Shown: positions 10,344 to 20,627 of the stretch, in pieces
Layout: every line of letters begins with the position of its first letter
Position numbering within the stretch: position 1 is the first letter of the stretch
Source of the DNA: a bacterium
GTDB taxonomy: Bacteria; Patescibacteriota; Microgenomatia; UBA1400; PJMF01
Reading direction: 5' to 3'
NCBI GenBank assembly: GCA_027620445.1
Contig: JAQBYG010000003.1
Span: 175-64,174, forward strand
Length of the DNA stretch: 64,000 bases
Made by a program: the position numbers and the translations under genes
Notes under the pieces: generated by a model
Told to the model about the DNA's origin: nothing
The model's database searches: none
What the model saw: the letters and a program-made list of their open reading frames with translations, nothing else

Positions 10344-11906
10344 GTGAGCACAACAATAGTGTATGATTACAAGGTGCGTACCTGGAAAAAACTTTTTACT
10401 CCAGCTTTTTTTGTATTTATTTTTTCGCTGATACTCCATTTTTACTTTGCTAGCACACATATTTTTTTGTCTCAAGACTTATCTCGAGATTTATATTTGA
10501 TTGAGGAATTTAGAGAATCGGGTCAATGGCTTATCTCTTATGGTCCCAAGGCAAGTGTGGGAAATTTCTATCTTCCTCCTTTTTATTACCAGCTATATAT
10601 AGTCGTCCATTCACTTTTTCCTTCTCCGATAAGTATGACGATTGTAATAACTCTTATTAAGTCTCTTACTCCAGTTCTCGTTTACCTTTTGTGCAAATCT
10701 TTGCTAAGTAAAAAAGCTGCAGTCGTTGCTGCAGTCGTTGCGGCGTGCTCTCCTCTAGCAGTGATTTTTGGCTCTTTTTCCTGGAATCCTAACATGGTGC
10801 CATTTTTTTCTCTCTTAAGTTTATTACTTCTTATGAAGTATCAGCAAAAGCTTAAATGGGAATTCTTAGTACTCTCTCTTATCAGCTTCATGATTGCATT
10901 TCAGCTCCACTATCAGGCCACTGTGCTTACTCCTGTTTTTGTTATTCTTGCCTTAAAACAAATTTTTTATCAACAATTTAGACCCAATCATTGGATTATT
11001 GGTGCTTTGGTAGCCATGCTACTTATGGTTCCCTATGCAATAGCTGAAGTGGGGAGTAATTATCAAAATTCTAAGGCAGTGTATAACTTCGTCACAGAAG
11101 AACACTCCCGCTACTTTGATAGAATCTCAAAGCCTTATTTTGTACTTACTTTTGTTCCAGCGTTTTTTGAACGCGTAGTTCTCGGGAACAATACTGATTA
11201 TTTTTGGTTGGGAAGATTTCTTCTGTTCTTTGGCCTACCAGTTCTCATTGTGCATTCATATAAGAGAAGGCAATTTCTCCCGTTTTTGTATTTTCTAAGC
11301 ATCTTATTTATGCTTCGAATCTATAAGGGAGACAAGGTAGACTACTACATGTCAACACTATTTGTTCTTCCTTCATTATTACTAGCAGCTGTTTTTCACT
11401 GGAAAAAATATGTTGCTTTGCCACTTATTTTTTACACACTCTTATCAAGCGGCGTGTATCTCGGAAAAATTGAGCGTGTAAATGATTTAAAGGAAATTGA
11501 AGCAGTGCTTGCTTTGTTGGAACAAGAACTGCCCAATAGACGGGCTCGTTTTATTCTCCATGACGATGACTTTGCGAACACTATAGCTTATGTGATGAAA
11601 AAGGCAAATATTCGTATTGACCAGAATTCACTGGTGATTGTAGACGTCTGCAAAAAAGACCAGCCATGCATTCTGTATCCGACTACGTTTTCAACTAGAA
11701 CTAAGATGGAAGCATTCACTTCTGAGCTTCGCAGAACAGGAAAGTATCACTACGTTACCACAATCACCCCTGAGACGCTACCGTTTATCCTTCATGTAGG
11801 CTATCTAGAACAATCTCCAGAGCGCACAATTAATCATCCACTCTTGCGGGAGAAAGACGAACAACAATTTGGTTCAGATATACTATTGAAGGAACTTTTT
11901 GAATAA
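10344..11906 (+). CDS. Polytopic membrane protein, GT-C-like, family 3 (paralog of 58774)
   Basis: Apparent GTG start. Motif SQDLSRDLYLIEEFRESGQWLISYGPKASVGNFYLPPFYY parallels GDQGRDALVV...GNLYLGPFYYY in ORF 58774. About 12 TM segments. Confidence 0.5.
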   Translation: MSTTIVYDYKVRTWKKLFTPAFFVFIFSLILHFYFASTHIFLSQDLSRDLYLIEEFRESGQWLISYGPKASVGNFYLPPFYYQLYIVVHSLFPSPISMTIVITLIKSLTPVLVYLLCKSLLSKKAAVVAAVVAACSPLAVIFGSFSWNPNMVPFFSLLSLLLLMKYQQKLKWEFLVLSLISFMIAFQLHYQATVLTPVFVILALKQIFYQQFRPNHWIIGALVAMLLMVPYAIAEVGSNYQNSKAVYNFVTEEHSRYFDRISKPYFVLTFVPAFFERVVLGNNTDYFWLGRFLLFFGLPVLIVHSYKRRQFLPFLYFLSILFMLRIYKGDKVDYYMSTLFVLPSLLLAAVFHWKKYVALPLIFYTLLSSGVYLGKIERVNDLKEIEAVLALLEQELPNRRARFILHDDDFANTIAYVMKKANIRIDQNSLVIVDVCKKDQPCILYPTTFSTRTKMEAFTSELRRTGKYHYVTTITPETLPFILHVGYLEQSPERTINHPLLREKDEQQFGSDILLKELFE

Positions 11907-11909
11907 AAT

Positions 11910-13598
11910 ATGAATACACTCAAAAAACATTTCGTGTCTCTTGCAGTACTATTGCTACTTGCAGGACTGGGCAGCATCCCGCTCTTTCATACTGGATTGT
12001 ACACTGCTCATGATATTTGGCATCAAGTTGCTCGTCTCTATCACTATAGTACGCTTGTTTCTCTTGGTGAATTTCCTCCTCGATGGGTATTTGACTTGGC
12101 ACAAGGATTTGGTTATCCACTTTTCTTTTTTTCCTATCATTTTCCTTGGTTTTTTGGCAGCCTATTAGTAGCTCTTGGATTGACGATTGCTGATGCTCTC
12201 AAGTTGTTGTTTGTAGTGGGTTACTTTGCTGCGGGTTTCAACATGTACTGGTTGATGTACACACTAACAAAAAAACGAGTTCCAAGTTTGATTGCTGCCA
12301 TTACATATAACTGGTCGCCCTACTTTTTTCTCGCCATGTATGTTGCTGCTGCAATTGGCACTGTTTTTACATTTGCACTCTTACCAGTCCTGATTCTTGG
12401 TCTATATTATTTGTCTCAAAATAAATTTGTTATTGGCAGCGTGTTACTGGCCACTGGACTTTCAGCTGCCTTGCTCACACATGTTCTCACTCTCACATTA
12501 CTCATTCCGTTGCTTGGAAGCATTTGGGTGCTGGGTCTCCACAAGAGCAAAGAACGACATAAATACCTTATCTGGAGTACTATTGCTGGTATTCTCGCTC
12601 TTGGATTGAGCGCCTTTTACTTACTCCCGCTGCGTTCATATCTTCCACTCATTGCTGCAAGCACAGAATCTGGGGGCTTAACGAATAACTACACAAACTA
12701 TTTTGCATCTCTCAAACAACTAGTTTACTCATCTTGGGGATTTGGTCCTATCGTATCAGATGCGAAACAAGGAGAAATTTCACTGCAAGTAGGAATTGCC
12801 CAGTGGCTCGGAGCAGTACTTGCGGTTGCATTACTAGTTGTAACAACCTTTTTCTATAAAAAGGAACTTTTTCGAGCACATTTCTCAAGCAAAATGCGAG
12901 CAGCACTTTTACTATACCTCCTCCTATTTCTCTTAAGTATTTACTTCATGCTAGATATCTCCCAACCATTTTGGTTACTGTGGAGCAAGGTACTTCCACT
13001 CGACTTTCCGTTTCGTCTCTTACTCATGAGCGTCTTTGTTGGTTCACTTCTGATTGGTCTTGGACTTGCAAGTCTCAAAAAAACTTGGTTGCAGTATTTT
13101 CTCGGAGGTAGTCTCGTTATGGTTGCGCTCTACACCAATCGCAATCACGTTCGAGTTAATCTGTACACTGACATCCCACTAGACCTATATATTGTATCTG
13201 AAACTACAACCAACACATATCACGAATATATGCCAAGATCAGCTGACACCTCTGTGCTCAATCAGGACGTGCAAAGTTTTATTCCTGACGAACCGACTTT
13301 CGTATTTTCCGAGCACAGATCACCGACAGGAGTCACAGCCACAGTTGTTTTTCCTGAAAATAAAAGTATTGCAGTTCGCCAATTTGCGTTTCCAGGTGTC
13401 ACCGTCAGGATTAATGGAGAAATTAGAAACACTCAAGTCGATGATAAAGGGAGACTGGTTGTGCTTTTTCCTGCTGGGAAATATCAAGTATCATTGAGCT
13501 ACGAAAAGCCAGCGATTGTTGCTCTTTCAGAGTACATTTCTTTAGGTTCGGTCGGTATACTACTCATACTCATTCTTCTAAGAAAGAAACTAAAATGA
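11910..13598 (+). CDS. Large polytopic membrane protein, paralog family A
   Basis: HDIWHQVARLYHYSTLVSLGEFPPRWVFDLAQGFGYPLFFFSYHFPW signature. C-terminal domain with PAGKYQVSLSYE, matching PAGEYQVSTRF in ORF 3667. Confidence 0.5.
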   Translation: MNTLKKHFVSLAVLLLLAGLGSIPLFHTGLYTAHDIWHQVARLYHYSTLVSLGEFPPRWVFDLAQGFGYPLFFFSYHFPWFFGSLLVALGLTIADALKLLFVVGYFAAGFNMYWLMYTLTKKRVPSLIAAITYNWSPYFFLAMYVAAAIGTVFTFALLPVLILGLYYLSQNKFVIGSVLLATGLSAALLTHVLTLTLLIPLLGSIWVLGLHKSKERHKYLIWSTIAGILALGLSAFYLLPLRSYLPLIAASTESGGLTNNYTNYFASLKQLVYSSWGFGPIVSDAKQGEISLQVGIAQWLGAVLAVALLVVTTFFYKKELFRAHFSSKMRAALLLYLLLFLLSIYFMLDISQPFWLLWSKVLPLDFPFRLLLMSVFVGSLLIGLGLASLKKTWLQYFLGGSLVMVALYTNRNHVRVNLYTDIPLDLYIVSETTTNTYHEYMPRSADTSVLNQDVQSFIPDEPTFVFSEHRSPTGVTATVVFPENKSIAVRQFAFPGVTVRINGEIRNTQVDDKGRLVVLFPAGKYQVSLSYEKPAIVALSEYISLGSVGILLILILLRKKLK

Positions 13599-14311
13599 AA
13601 AAAGTAATCGCAATCATGCCTGCATTCAATGCAGCGAAGACATTAAAAAAAACAGTCCTCGATATCCCAAAAGGAATCGTGGATGAAATCATATTAGTCG
13701 ATGATAATAGCTCCGATGACACCACCGCTGTCGCTCGAGAGTTGGGGTTAACCGTTGTTGAACATCCAATGAATCGTGGGTATGGCGGAAATCAAAAAAC
13801 ATGTTACACCCTAGCACTTTCAAATAAAGCAGATGTTATCGTCATGATTCATCCAGACTATCAGTATGATAGTCGTCTTACCAAAGCAATGGTGCAACCG
13901 ATCCTCGATGGACACTTTGACCTGATGCTCGGCTCACGTATTAGAAGTCGTGCGGAAGTGCTTGCCGGTGGCATGCCAAAGTACAAGTATTTTGGCAATC
14001 GTTTCTTGACCTTGGTTGAAAACCTTATTTTGGGACAAAATCTCTCTGAATACCACACTGGATTTCGAGCCTACAATAGCAAACTCCTCAAGTCCTTGCC
14101 GTTTCATCGCTACTCAGATGATTTTGTCTTTGATTCTCAAGTTATCTTCGGCGCTATTGCCAAAAATGCTCGCATTGGCGAAGTGGCTGTGCCAGTACGT
14201 TACTTTGCTGAAGCTTCATCCATAAACTTTATTCGCTCCTGTATTTATGGTCTGTCTATTTTGAAAGATTTAGGAATTTACCTAGTGAGTGCAGGCAAAG
14301 CATTTGTATGA
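13595..14311 (+). CDS. GT2 Dpm1/GtrB-like polyprenyl-phosphate sugar synthase
   Basis: IMPAFNAAKTL...LVDDNSSDDT...HPDYQYD motifs. ATGA overlap with the upstream family-A membrane gene. Confidence 0.75.
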   Translation: MKKVIAIMPAFNAAKTLKKTVLDIPKGIVDEIILVDDNSSDDTTAVARELGLTVVEHPMNRGYGGNQKTCYTLALSNKADVIVMIHPDYQYDSRLTKAMVQPILDGHFDLMLGSRIRSRAEVLAGGMPKYKYFGNRFLTLVENLILGQNLSEYHTGFRAYNSKLLKSLPFHRYSDDFVFDSQVIFGAIAKNARIGEVAVPVRYFAEASSINFIRSCIYGLSILKDLGIYLVSAGKAFV

Positions 14312-15555
14312 AGAAGTTGCTGCTCTCATTCATTATTTTCCTCTTCGCTTTCTCACGTTTATTTATTTTTCTTAACCCACCACAATATTATTCTGATGTT
14401 ACTGCAGATTATGAGCGCTACGCCAATATGTGGCGTTATGGCTTGACGCCATACCTTGAACATCTCTATGAGTATCCTCCTGCTAGTGTCCCCCTGCTTT
14501 CGCTACCTTTAACGTTTGACCAAGCGGGTTTTGGCAAGTATTACTCAAATTATAGATTGCAAATAGTAGTAATAGATATACTCTTTTTTCTATTCTTGCT
14601 TCAATATATCTATAGACAGAAGATGAAGTATGGCGCAGCTGGTCTTCTTGGCTATATTGCACTCACTACGTTTGCCAAAGACTTTTTGTACGAAGGATTA
14701 GATCTTGCCTTTAGTGCTAGCTACATTGCTGGGGTTTTAATCCTGAGCAAGCAAAAGGATTCATCTCTCTTACAAATTTTTGCCGCCTGGACATTGTTCT
14801 GGCTCTCAACCGCTATCAAATTTTTGACTTTCCCACTAATTATTCCTTTGTTTTTTGCGACCATGTGGAAAAAGAATGCTCTGACAAAGACGTCGGTTAT
14901 TCGCACCTCAATCATTGCCTGTTGCTCGTTCTTGCTTGTTTGGGGAGTACCTCTTGCTGTTTACCGCAGTTCTTTAAGTGTTAGCTTTGTACATAACTTT
15001 GGCAGACCTATCAAGTATGCTTCATTTCCTGCTCACGTCATTCGTTGGGTGAACACCTTTACAGAATCTGAGTCGCAAAACATGGTGGCGCCTGATTTTG
15101 AGTATGTTGGTCCTGTTTCGAAACAAGTAACTAGATGGGTATCGATAATTTTCCCACTTGCGATTCTTGCTTTTCTTATTTGGAGCAGTGTTTTATATTT
15201 TCGACAAAAATCATTTACACAAAAGTCGAAACAGACATACTTGATTGCTACTTTTGGCACTTATGTGTTTTTGTTATTTATTACCGCAAAAACATTCTCT
15301 CAGCCATTTCATATTTGGTATCTCACCCTGTTACCAATTCTGGCATTTAAACAAACCAGAGAGTCATTGCTTGTGTTAGCCACCATGTTGCTACTTGTAG
15401 TTCTTGATACAACTACACTTCTCGCTGTTCATTCAGAATTTAAACTGTTTGCAGTAATCCCACTTGGTCTAATGCGAGACTCTTTGCGCTTCATTCCTAT
15501 GTTTGGTTTTATTTGGTATTTTTTACGCTACCATGAAACGCATTCTCGGCCTTAA
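14308..15555 (+). CDS. Polytopic membrane protein, DUF2029/GT87-like GT-C candidate
   Basis: YERYANMWRYGLTPYLEHLYEYPPASVPL resembles the conserved loop of GT87/DUF2029 (PimE-like) mannosyltransferases. 415 aa, multi-TM. Confidence 0.45.
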   Translation: MKKLLLSFIIFLFAFSRLFIFLNPPQYYSDVTADYERYANMWRYGLTPYLEHLYEYPPASVPLLSLPLTFDQAGFGKYYSNYRLQIVVIDILFFLFLLQYIYRQKMKYGAAGLLGYIALTTFAKDFLYEGLDLAFSASYIAGVLILSKQKDSSLLQIFAAWTLFWLSTAIKFLTFPLIIPLFFATMWKKNALTKTSVIRTSIIACCSFLLVWGVPLAVYRSSLSVSFVHNFGRPIKYASFPAHVIRWVNTFTESESQNMVAPDFEYVGPVSKQVTRWVSIIFPLAILAFLIWSSVLYFRQKSFTQKSKQTYLIATFGTYVFLLFITAKTFSQPFHIWYLTLLPILAFKQTRESLLVLATMLLLVVLDTTTLLAVHSEFKLFAVIPLGLMRDSLRFIPMFGFIWYFLRYHETHSRP

Positions 15556-17221
15556 GTTTAACTTGATTATCCTTGCGATTTTACTACTGTTTTCTGGTAG
15601 ATTTTTTTTGTCAGACAAACTTTTTGATACACACGATCTCGAGTATCATGCAGCGAGAACAGCTAATTACTATCTAGCACTCCAGCAGGGGCAATTTCCT
15701 CCACGCTGGTCACCCAATCTTAATTACTCCTTTGGTCTTCCTACATTTATGTTTGCGTATCCTCTGCCGTACTTTGTTGCAACTGCTTTTTTCTTATTAA
15801 TAGGCAATATCCAATTGTCAATAAACGTAACTCTTTTGTTTTTTTGGTGCGTAGGGGCAGTTGGCATGTTTTACTATGCAAAAGTGCGTACTAATCTCCC
15901 TCATTTTTCCCTTTTGGTAGCAGTATCATACTTTGCAGCTCCATATACATTGTTGAATTTTTTTGAACGTGGTGCATTTGGTGAGACAAGTTTTTTTGCC
16001 CTCCTTCCTCTAGTACTACTCACCATTCACTGGCAAAATAAAATCAAGTCAGGTTGGTATGTTCTTTGCAGTTACGTGGTATGTACTGCATTTTTGCTCA
16101 CACACCCACAATCATTAGCTGTGACTATTCCCATCCTAATAATCTGGATTCTAAATCGGTATAAAAAAACTGAGCTTCGGAAATTTTGGGTAAAAAAAAT
16201 CATGTTGATCGGAGCAATAGCTCTAAGTGTTCAGTTTTTTTGGACGCCTCTACTCTTTGAGAGCAGTGAAACACTAGTATCTGAATCTATCTCAGTACAA
16301 AGACTGCTACAAAGCTTCCCGGTGTTTTCAAGACTGTTTTGGCCAGCCTTCCCTGCATCACAGGTTACTGGGAGTCAAATGCTAGTAACCGATTTTCCCA
16401 CCACACTTGGCCTTAGCATGCTACTACTCTTTCTAGGTGGTGGTTACGCTCTACTTGGCAAGCAAAGAACCAAACATCACTTGTTTTGGTTGGTAATTTT
16501 TTTACTCTCTGTGTTTTTCATGCATCCGGTCTCAAGTTTTGTTTGGGAACGTGTCGGCTCATTAAAGATCATCCAGTTTCCCTGGAGGTTACTCTCCCTG
16601 AGTGTGCTTGCAAGTACTATGCTTTTAATTGAGAGTCGACAAGCTTTGAAAAGTAATCAACTTGTAATGCATCTGTTCAGCATCCTATTTTTTTGCCTAT
16701 CTTTAGCTAACCTGTATGTCTGGGGAAAACCAAAAGGATATATTTCTCGTACCGACTATGAGTGGTTTGAGTACTTTGGTACTGCAAGCTCATTTGACGA
16801 ATTTATTCCAAAAGGCTTTGATCATGGAAAAAATCTGCAAGTAACAGATCAACTTTCACTTATCCCTGCAGGAAACGCACAAATAAGTGCTTGGAATGGT
16901 TCGCGTATGGAGTACCAGATAAAGTCCGATGATCCAACTTGGGTTCTGCAAAAAACAGCTTACTTTCCCGGTTGGAAGGTATTTGTAGATGATTCTGAAG
17001 TAGACATAAATCATAGTTCGGCTGAGTTCCCTGGCAGAATCACATTTTTACTACCACCTGGAGGTCACCTTGTTACAGTCAGATTTACCAACCAAACACC
17101 TATTCGTCAGGTAGCTGACAGCGCATCGCTACTTGGATTAGGGATCCTATGCGCACTATTGTTTACAACTGTGGACCCGGCAAAAGTAAGCGGTATCCTT
17201 CGGCGCCGTCGAAATACCTGA
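15533..17221 (+). CDS. Large polytopic membrane protein, paralog family A
   Basis: HDLEYHAARTANYYLALQQGQFPPRWSPNLNYSFGLPTFMFAYPLPYF signature. ORF track starts at 15503; the internal Met MKRILGL at 15533 is more likely. Confidence 0.5.
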   Translation: MKRILGLKFNLIILAILLLFSGRFFLSDKLFDTHDLEYHAARTANYYLALQQGQFPPRWSPNLNYSFGLPTFMFAYPLPYFVATAFFLLIGNIQLSINVTLLFFWCVGAVGMFYYAKVRTNLPHFSLLVAVSYFAAPYTLLNFFERGAFGETSFFALLPLVLLTIHWQNKIKSGWYVLCSYVVCTAFLLTHPQSLAVTIPILIIWILNRYKKTELRKFWVKKIMLIGAIALSVQFFWTPLLFESSETLVSESISVQRLLQSFPVFSRLFWPAFPASQVTGSQMLVTDFPTTLGLSMLLLFLGGGYALLGKQRTKHHLFWLVIFLLSVFFMHPVSSFVWERVGSLKIIQFPWRLLSLSVLASTMLLIESRQALKSNQLVMHLFSILFFCLSLANLYVWGKPKGYISRTDYEWFEYFGTASSFDEFIPKGFDHGKNLQVTDQLSLIPAGNAQISAWNGSRMEYQIKSDDPTWVLQKTAYFPGWKVFVDDSEVDINHSSAEFPGRITFLLPPGGHLVTVRFTNQTPIRQVADSASLLGLGILCALLFTTVDPAKVSGILRRRRNT

Positions 17222-18812
17222 TATCAGCAATTTCTACAAAGGGGGGTGTTTGAGGTGACAGGACGCAAGTACCCCCAATCACATAAAGTGTGCCAGGATT
17301 CGAACCAACAAAACAACCAGCATCTACAAAGTGAAATTTCCCCAAAACATACTCGTTCTGCAACCGAGTAGGGAATGAACTTTGTATCGTGTCGAGCGAA
17401 ATAAGATTTTGCAGCGCTAAATAGACATAGGCTTGTCCAGTTACTTTACTTATTGTTACTTCTGTGTAGCTGTCGTGATGTTTCTTGAGGTAGGTCGCCA
17501 ATTCTTGATCAATGTACTGTCTAGTCCACGGGCGATAGCGAGGCTGAAACACAGTGTACTGGTGAATAAAATAAGCAAAGCTAAGTAAGTATGCCAAGAG
17601 CAAGAGCCCTCGCAGGCTATACCTAAACACTGGCCTTCTAGCAACCTGCCAAACAAATTTGCCGCCAGATGCTACAAAAAATATGAGAGGAACAAGTAGA
17701 AGTGATGTGCGTATCATGCTAACTGATTCTTCAGTTGTGAGCGCAGATGGCACCGGAGCCAAAAGGAGCCAGCACAAAAATAACAGCGCCAGTTTTTTTT
17801 GTTTACCCGCAGTGCTAAGTGAGGTAAAAATTCCGAGAAGAAGTAACGGTAGTTCGATGATATACAAGAGTCCATGAAATGGCACAATGTAGCGCGTTGG
17901 GTCTCCTCCCCTCAAAAAAAGAAACTCAGTTGTGAAGTGACTCGCATAAGTATCTAAGAAGGCGAGACCATAGTTTACAACTTTGTTGTGGAAAAAACGA
18001 ATAACAAGGGGACTTGAAGATGCTGTTGCAATTCGGATTTGTTCGTCCAACACAAGTTGCGTATCTCCAGTGCTAAATATGCCAACAGCTGTAGCCCGAC
18101 TAAGTCCTCCAGAAACCATTAATGTTGTTGCTAGAACAAAACAAACTTGCAATACAACCGTCGCGAGCGGCCAAATAATTTTTTGACGCATAACTGCTAC
18201 TGCGTATACACTCAGCCCGATGGTAAACAGAGGCAGCAACACCTTGGCACTGTGATACGAATAGACACAAAATAGCGAACTAAGACATGTCGAAAAAAAC
18301 CAAAACCACTGTTTTGATCGGGTGTTTTTTGACAAAAAAAGTGTAGCCGCGAACAATAGGGTGAGTAAAAAAAAGAAGAAAGATAAAATCACCTCTTGAG
18401 TTGATCTGGACAGCACAATATGCCAAGGAGATATACTTCCAAAAAAAAGTATGGCAAGCGCGAGCGATTCATTGTCAGAAAGTCTTCGCGCCAACAAGTA
18501 CAAGACAATCAAGCTAGCGACTCCTAGCACTGCAGAGACTAAGCGAGCAGCAAAAACTGTTTTGCCCAACACAGCTATGAAAGGAATTTGTAAATACGAA
18601 AACAAAGCTGGTTTCGGATCAATAAAAGAGTTGAGGTACAACGGGAAGCGTCGACCATCTTCATCAGCCCCGCTTTGAAATAGCGAAAGAGCGTTATAAA
18701 AAAATGAAGCTTCGTCATTCTGCAGGCTATGTGGCAGCTCACCTAGACCAACTACGCGCAAAATCACTGCGAACACAAGTATAAGCAGAATAGATAACAG
18801 GTGTTTGTGCAT
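17163..18812 (-). CDS. GT-C membrane glycosyltransferase, ArnT/PMT_2-like, family 1
   Basis: LQNDEASFFYNALSLFQSGADEDGRRFPLYLNSFIDPKPALFSY. Its start codon directly abuts the stop of the upstream paralog (TAAATG). Downstream member of tandem pair 2. Confidence 0.7.
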   Translation of the reverse strand: MHKHLLSILLILVFAVILRVVGLGELPHSLQNDEASFFYNALSLFQSGADEDGRRFPLYLNSFIDPKPALFSYLQIPFIAVLGKTVFAARLVSAVLGVASLIVLYLLARRLSDNESLALAILFFGSISPWHIVLSRSTQEVILSFFFFLLTLLFAATLFLSKNTRSKQWFWFFSTCLSSLFCVYSYHSAKVLLPLFTIGLSVYAVAVMRQKIIWPLATVVLQVCFVLATTLMVSGGLSRATAVGIFSTGDTQLVLDEQIRIATASSSPLVIRFFHNKVVNYGLAFLDTYASHFTTEFLFLRGGDPTRYIVPFHGLLYIIELPLLLLGIFTSLSTAGKQKKLALLFLCWLLLAPVPSALTTEESVSMIRTSLLLVPLIFFVASGGKFVWQVARRPVFRYSLRGLLLLAYLLSFAYFIHQYTVFQPRYRPWTRQYIDQELATYLKKHHDSYTEVTISKVTGQAYVYLALQNLISLDTIQSSFPTRLQNEYVLGKFHFVDAGCFVGSNPGTLYVIGGTCVLSPQTPPFVEIADIRYFDGAEGYRLLLPGPQL

Positions 18813-20627
18813 TTATTTCTCCTGAGAAACAAAGAAGTATCTGCAAAACGCTTCATCACTAAGTTTCTCAAAGTTGAACACATCTTTTCTGATAAAAAGA
18901 CTATTCCCCAAACCATACTGCGCGCAAAATTGATCATTGTATACGGTAAATATGGCACCACTATCAAGAAGTGAAGCTATTGCGCTCTTTGGCAAAGTAG
19001 CCAGAATTTGTTCATTTTCATCAGCAACACAATGCGCTGTTGTTGAGTCTTTTATCACTGTAGTAGTACTCCAATCAATGCCAGTTGGAAAACAAGCAGT
19101 ATCGACTGAAACATTTGCTATTCTATACTCTTCACTTTGGAAAGAACGCTGCAGCTGAGTAATAGTTTCGGGCGTGATCAGATTTGCCGATACTAAAATT
19201 TCTAAAAATACAAAGTATTTTTCATCTGCATACACAGAGATAGTTTGGGTTTTTGGTGTGCGTTTGATGTATTCACCAAGTACTCGTTCTGCAAAGTACT
19301 TACCTTGTGTTCCATAAATTGGGTATCGATAAAAGTACTCGTAAAAATACTGAGCTACAAATATGGAATATGTCAGGATTACAGCAGTGAAAATACCTCG
19401 GTTTAATTTTGAAATTGTGTACATCCCATAACTACTCACTGCGAGTAGTGAAATAAACAACAAACTCGAGCGAAACATAATCCAAGTATCGTTCGTTTGC
19501 AAAGCAGATGGTAACGGACCAATTAGTAGTAATAGAGAGATGATAAGTGCCAAGGTCTTATGACTTTTTTTTCTCCAAAGAGTAATGAGCCCGATAGCCA
19601 TCAGTGGTGCGTCAATTAAGTGAAAAATACCGAGTGACCAAACAGAAAACGGATTACGTCGAGCTTCTCCGTGCACAAATAGCTGTCTTGGATTGAACGA
19701 CTCTAGGTACGCTTGTGCTGCAGAACGCGCCATGACGGTGTAGGAGTTGACAAAAACTCTTTGAAATTTATTTTCAATACTTTGTTGCTGTTGCACACCA
19801 GCCTCAATTTGAAAATTACTGCGATTGGCAAAAATAAGATCGTTGGTTCGAGCGCCAACATCTAGGTTAGTAATTCGAACAACCTGCCATACAAAAAAGA
19901 CTGACGCTAACAATAAAAATACCAAAACTGGTTGCAAACGCTTTCTAGAAGTATCTTTCTCGCCACCTTGTAGCACGACAGCCGCGGCTGTAATCAAAAC
20001 AAACGGGAAAAAAATAACCTTTAATCCTTGGTATTGATAAAAGCCAAGAATAAATGGGACTAGGGCTAGCAACTTTTTGTAGCCCGACAATCGCAAGAAA
20101 ATATAAAATCCAAAAAAATAAAAGAATAAGCTGAAGAGCGAGTCGAACGTCATACGAGAGAACTGAAACATCCAAGGATTCACAGAAGCAAGCAAAAATG
20201 TGATAAAAAACAAACGCTTGCTTTTACTTAACTCAAAAACTACACCCGCGAGAAATAGGGGGAGAAGTGCACCCATAACTGCAGAAGTGAGGCGTCCGGC
20301 AAATACTGTATTTTCTGGAAATAACTTAGCAGCTGCAGCCATAACTGTACCTGGCAATTCAGCAAAGAGGGAGTTGGCAGGAATTAAGTTGCTTGGATGC
20401 CAAGTTCCAGTGGGATCTTTCCCCGAGATTGAAATCGTCTTTGCTTCGACAATATAGTAGATTTCATCGTGTGAAATAACAGATGGGAGGGTACTCAGTT
20501 TATGCAACCTCAGTACTAACGAACACAGTAACACAACAAAAATTGAGGCTGGAAAAAGAAAGTGTTTGTAAGTGTTTCTAATTTCTTTAGGCATCTGTGT
20601 AACAATCATTGTATAATTTTTCTGCAT
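18813..20627 (-). CDS. GT-C membrane glycosyltransferase, ArnT/PMT_2-like, family 1
   Basis: ISHDEIYYIVEAKTISISGKDPTGTWHP motif. ORF track extends to 20696, but that overlaps the divergent gene by 71 nt. The Met at 20627 (MQKNY) is preceded by an AAGGT Shine-Dalgarno-like sequence. Mets at 20609 and 20594 are alternatives. Confidence 0.6.
   Translation of the reverse strand: MQKNYTMIVTQMPKEIRNTYKHFLFPASIFVVLLCSLVLRLHKLSTLPSVISHDEIYYIVEAKTISISGKDPTGTWHPSNLIPANSLFAELPGTVMAAAAKLFPENTVFAGRLTSAVMGALLPLFLAGVVFELSKSKRLFFITFLLASVNPWMFQFSRMTFDSLFSLFFYFFGFYIFLRLSGYKKLLALVPFILGFYQYQGLKVIFFPFVLITAAAVVLQGGEKDTSRKRLQPVLVFLLLASVFFVWQVVRITNLDVGARTNDLIFANRSNFQIEAGVQQQQSIENKFQRVFVNSYTVMARSAAQAYLESFNPRQLFVHGEARRNPFSVWSLGIFHLIDAPLMAIGLITLWRKKSHKTLALIISLLLLIGPLPSALQTNDTWIMFRSSLLFISLLAVSSYGMYTISKLNRGIFTAVILTYSIFVAQYFYEYFYRYPIYGTQGKYFAERVLGEYIKRTPKTQTISVYADEKYFVFLEILVSANLITPETITQLQRSFQSEEYRIANVSVDTACFPTGIDWSTTTVIKDSTTAHCVADENEQILATLPKSAIASLLDSGAIFTVYNDQFCAQYGLGNSLFIRKDVFNFEKLSDEAFCRYFFVSQEK

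Noticed and set aside
10730-10760. Short tandem nucleotide repeat GCAGTCGTTGCTGCAGTCGTTGCGGCG
   Set aside because: It encodes AAVVAAVVAA inside a transmembrane segment of ORF 10344-11906. It is a coding repeat, not a CRISPR or regulatory repeat.
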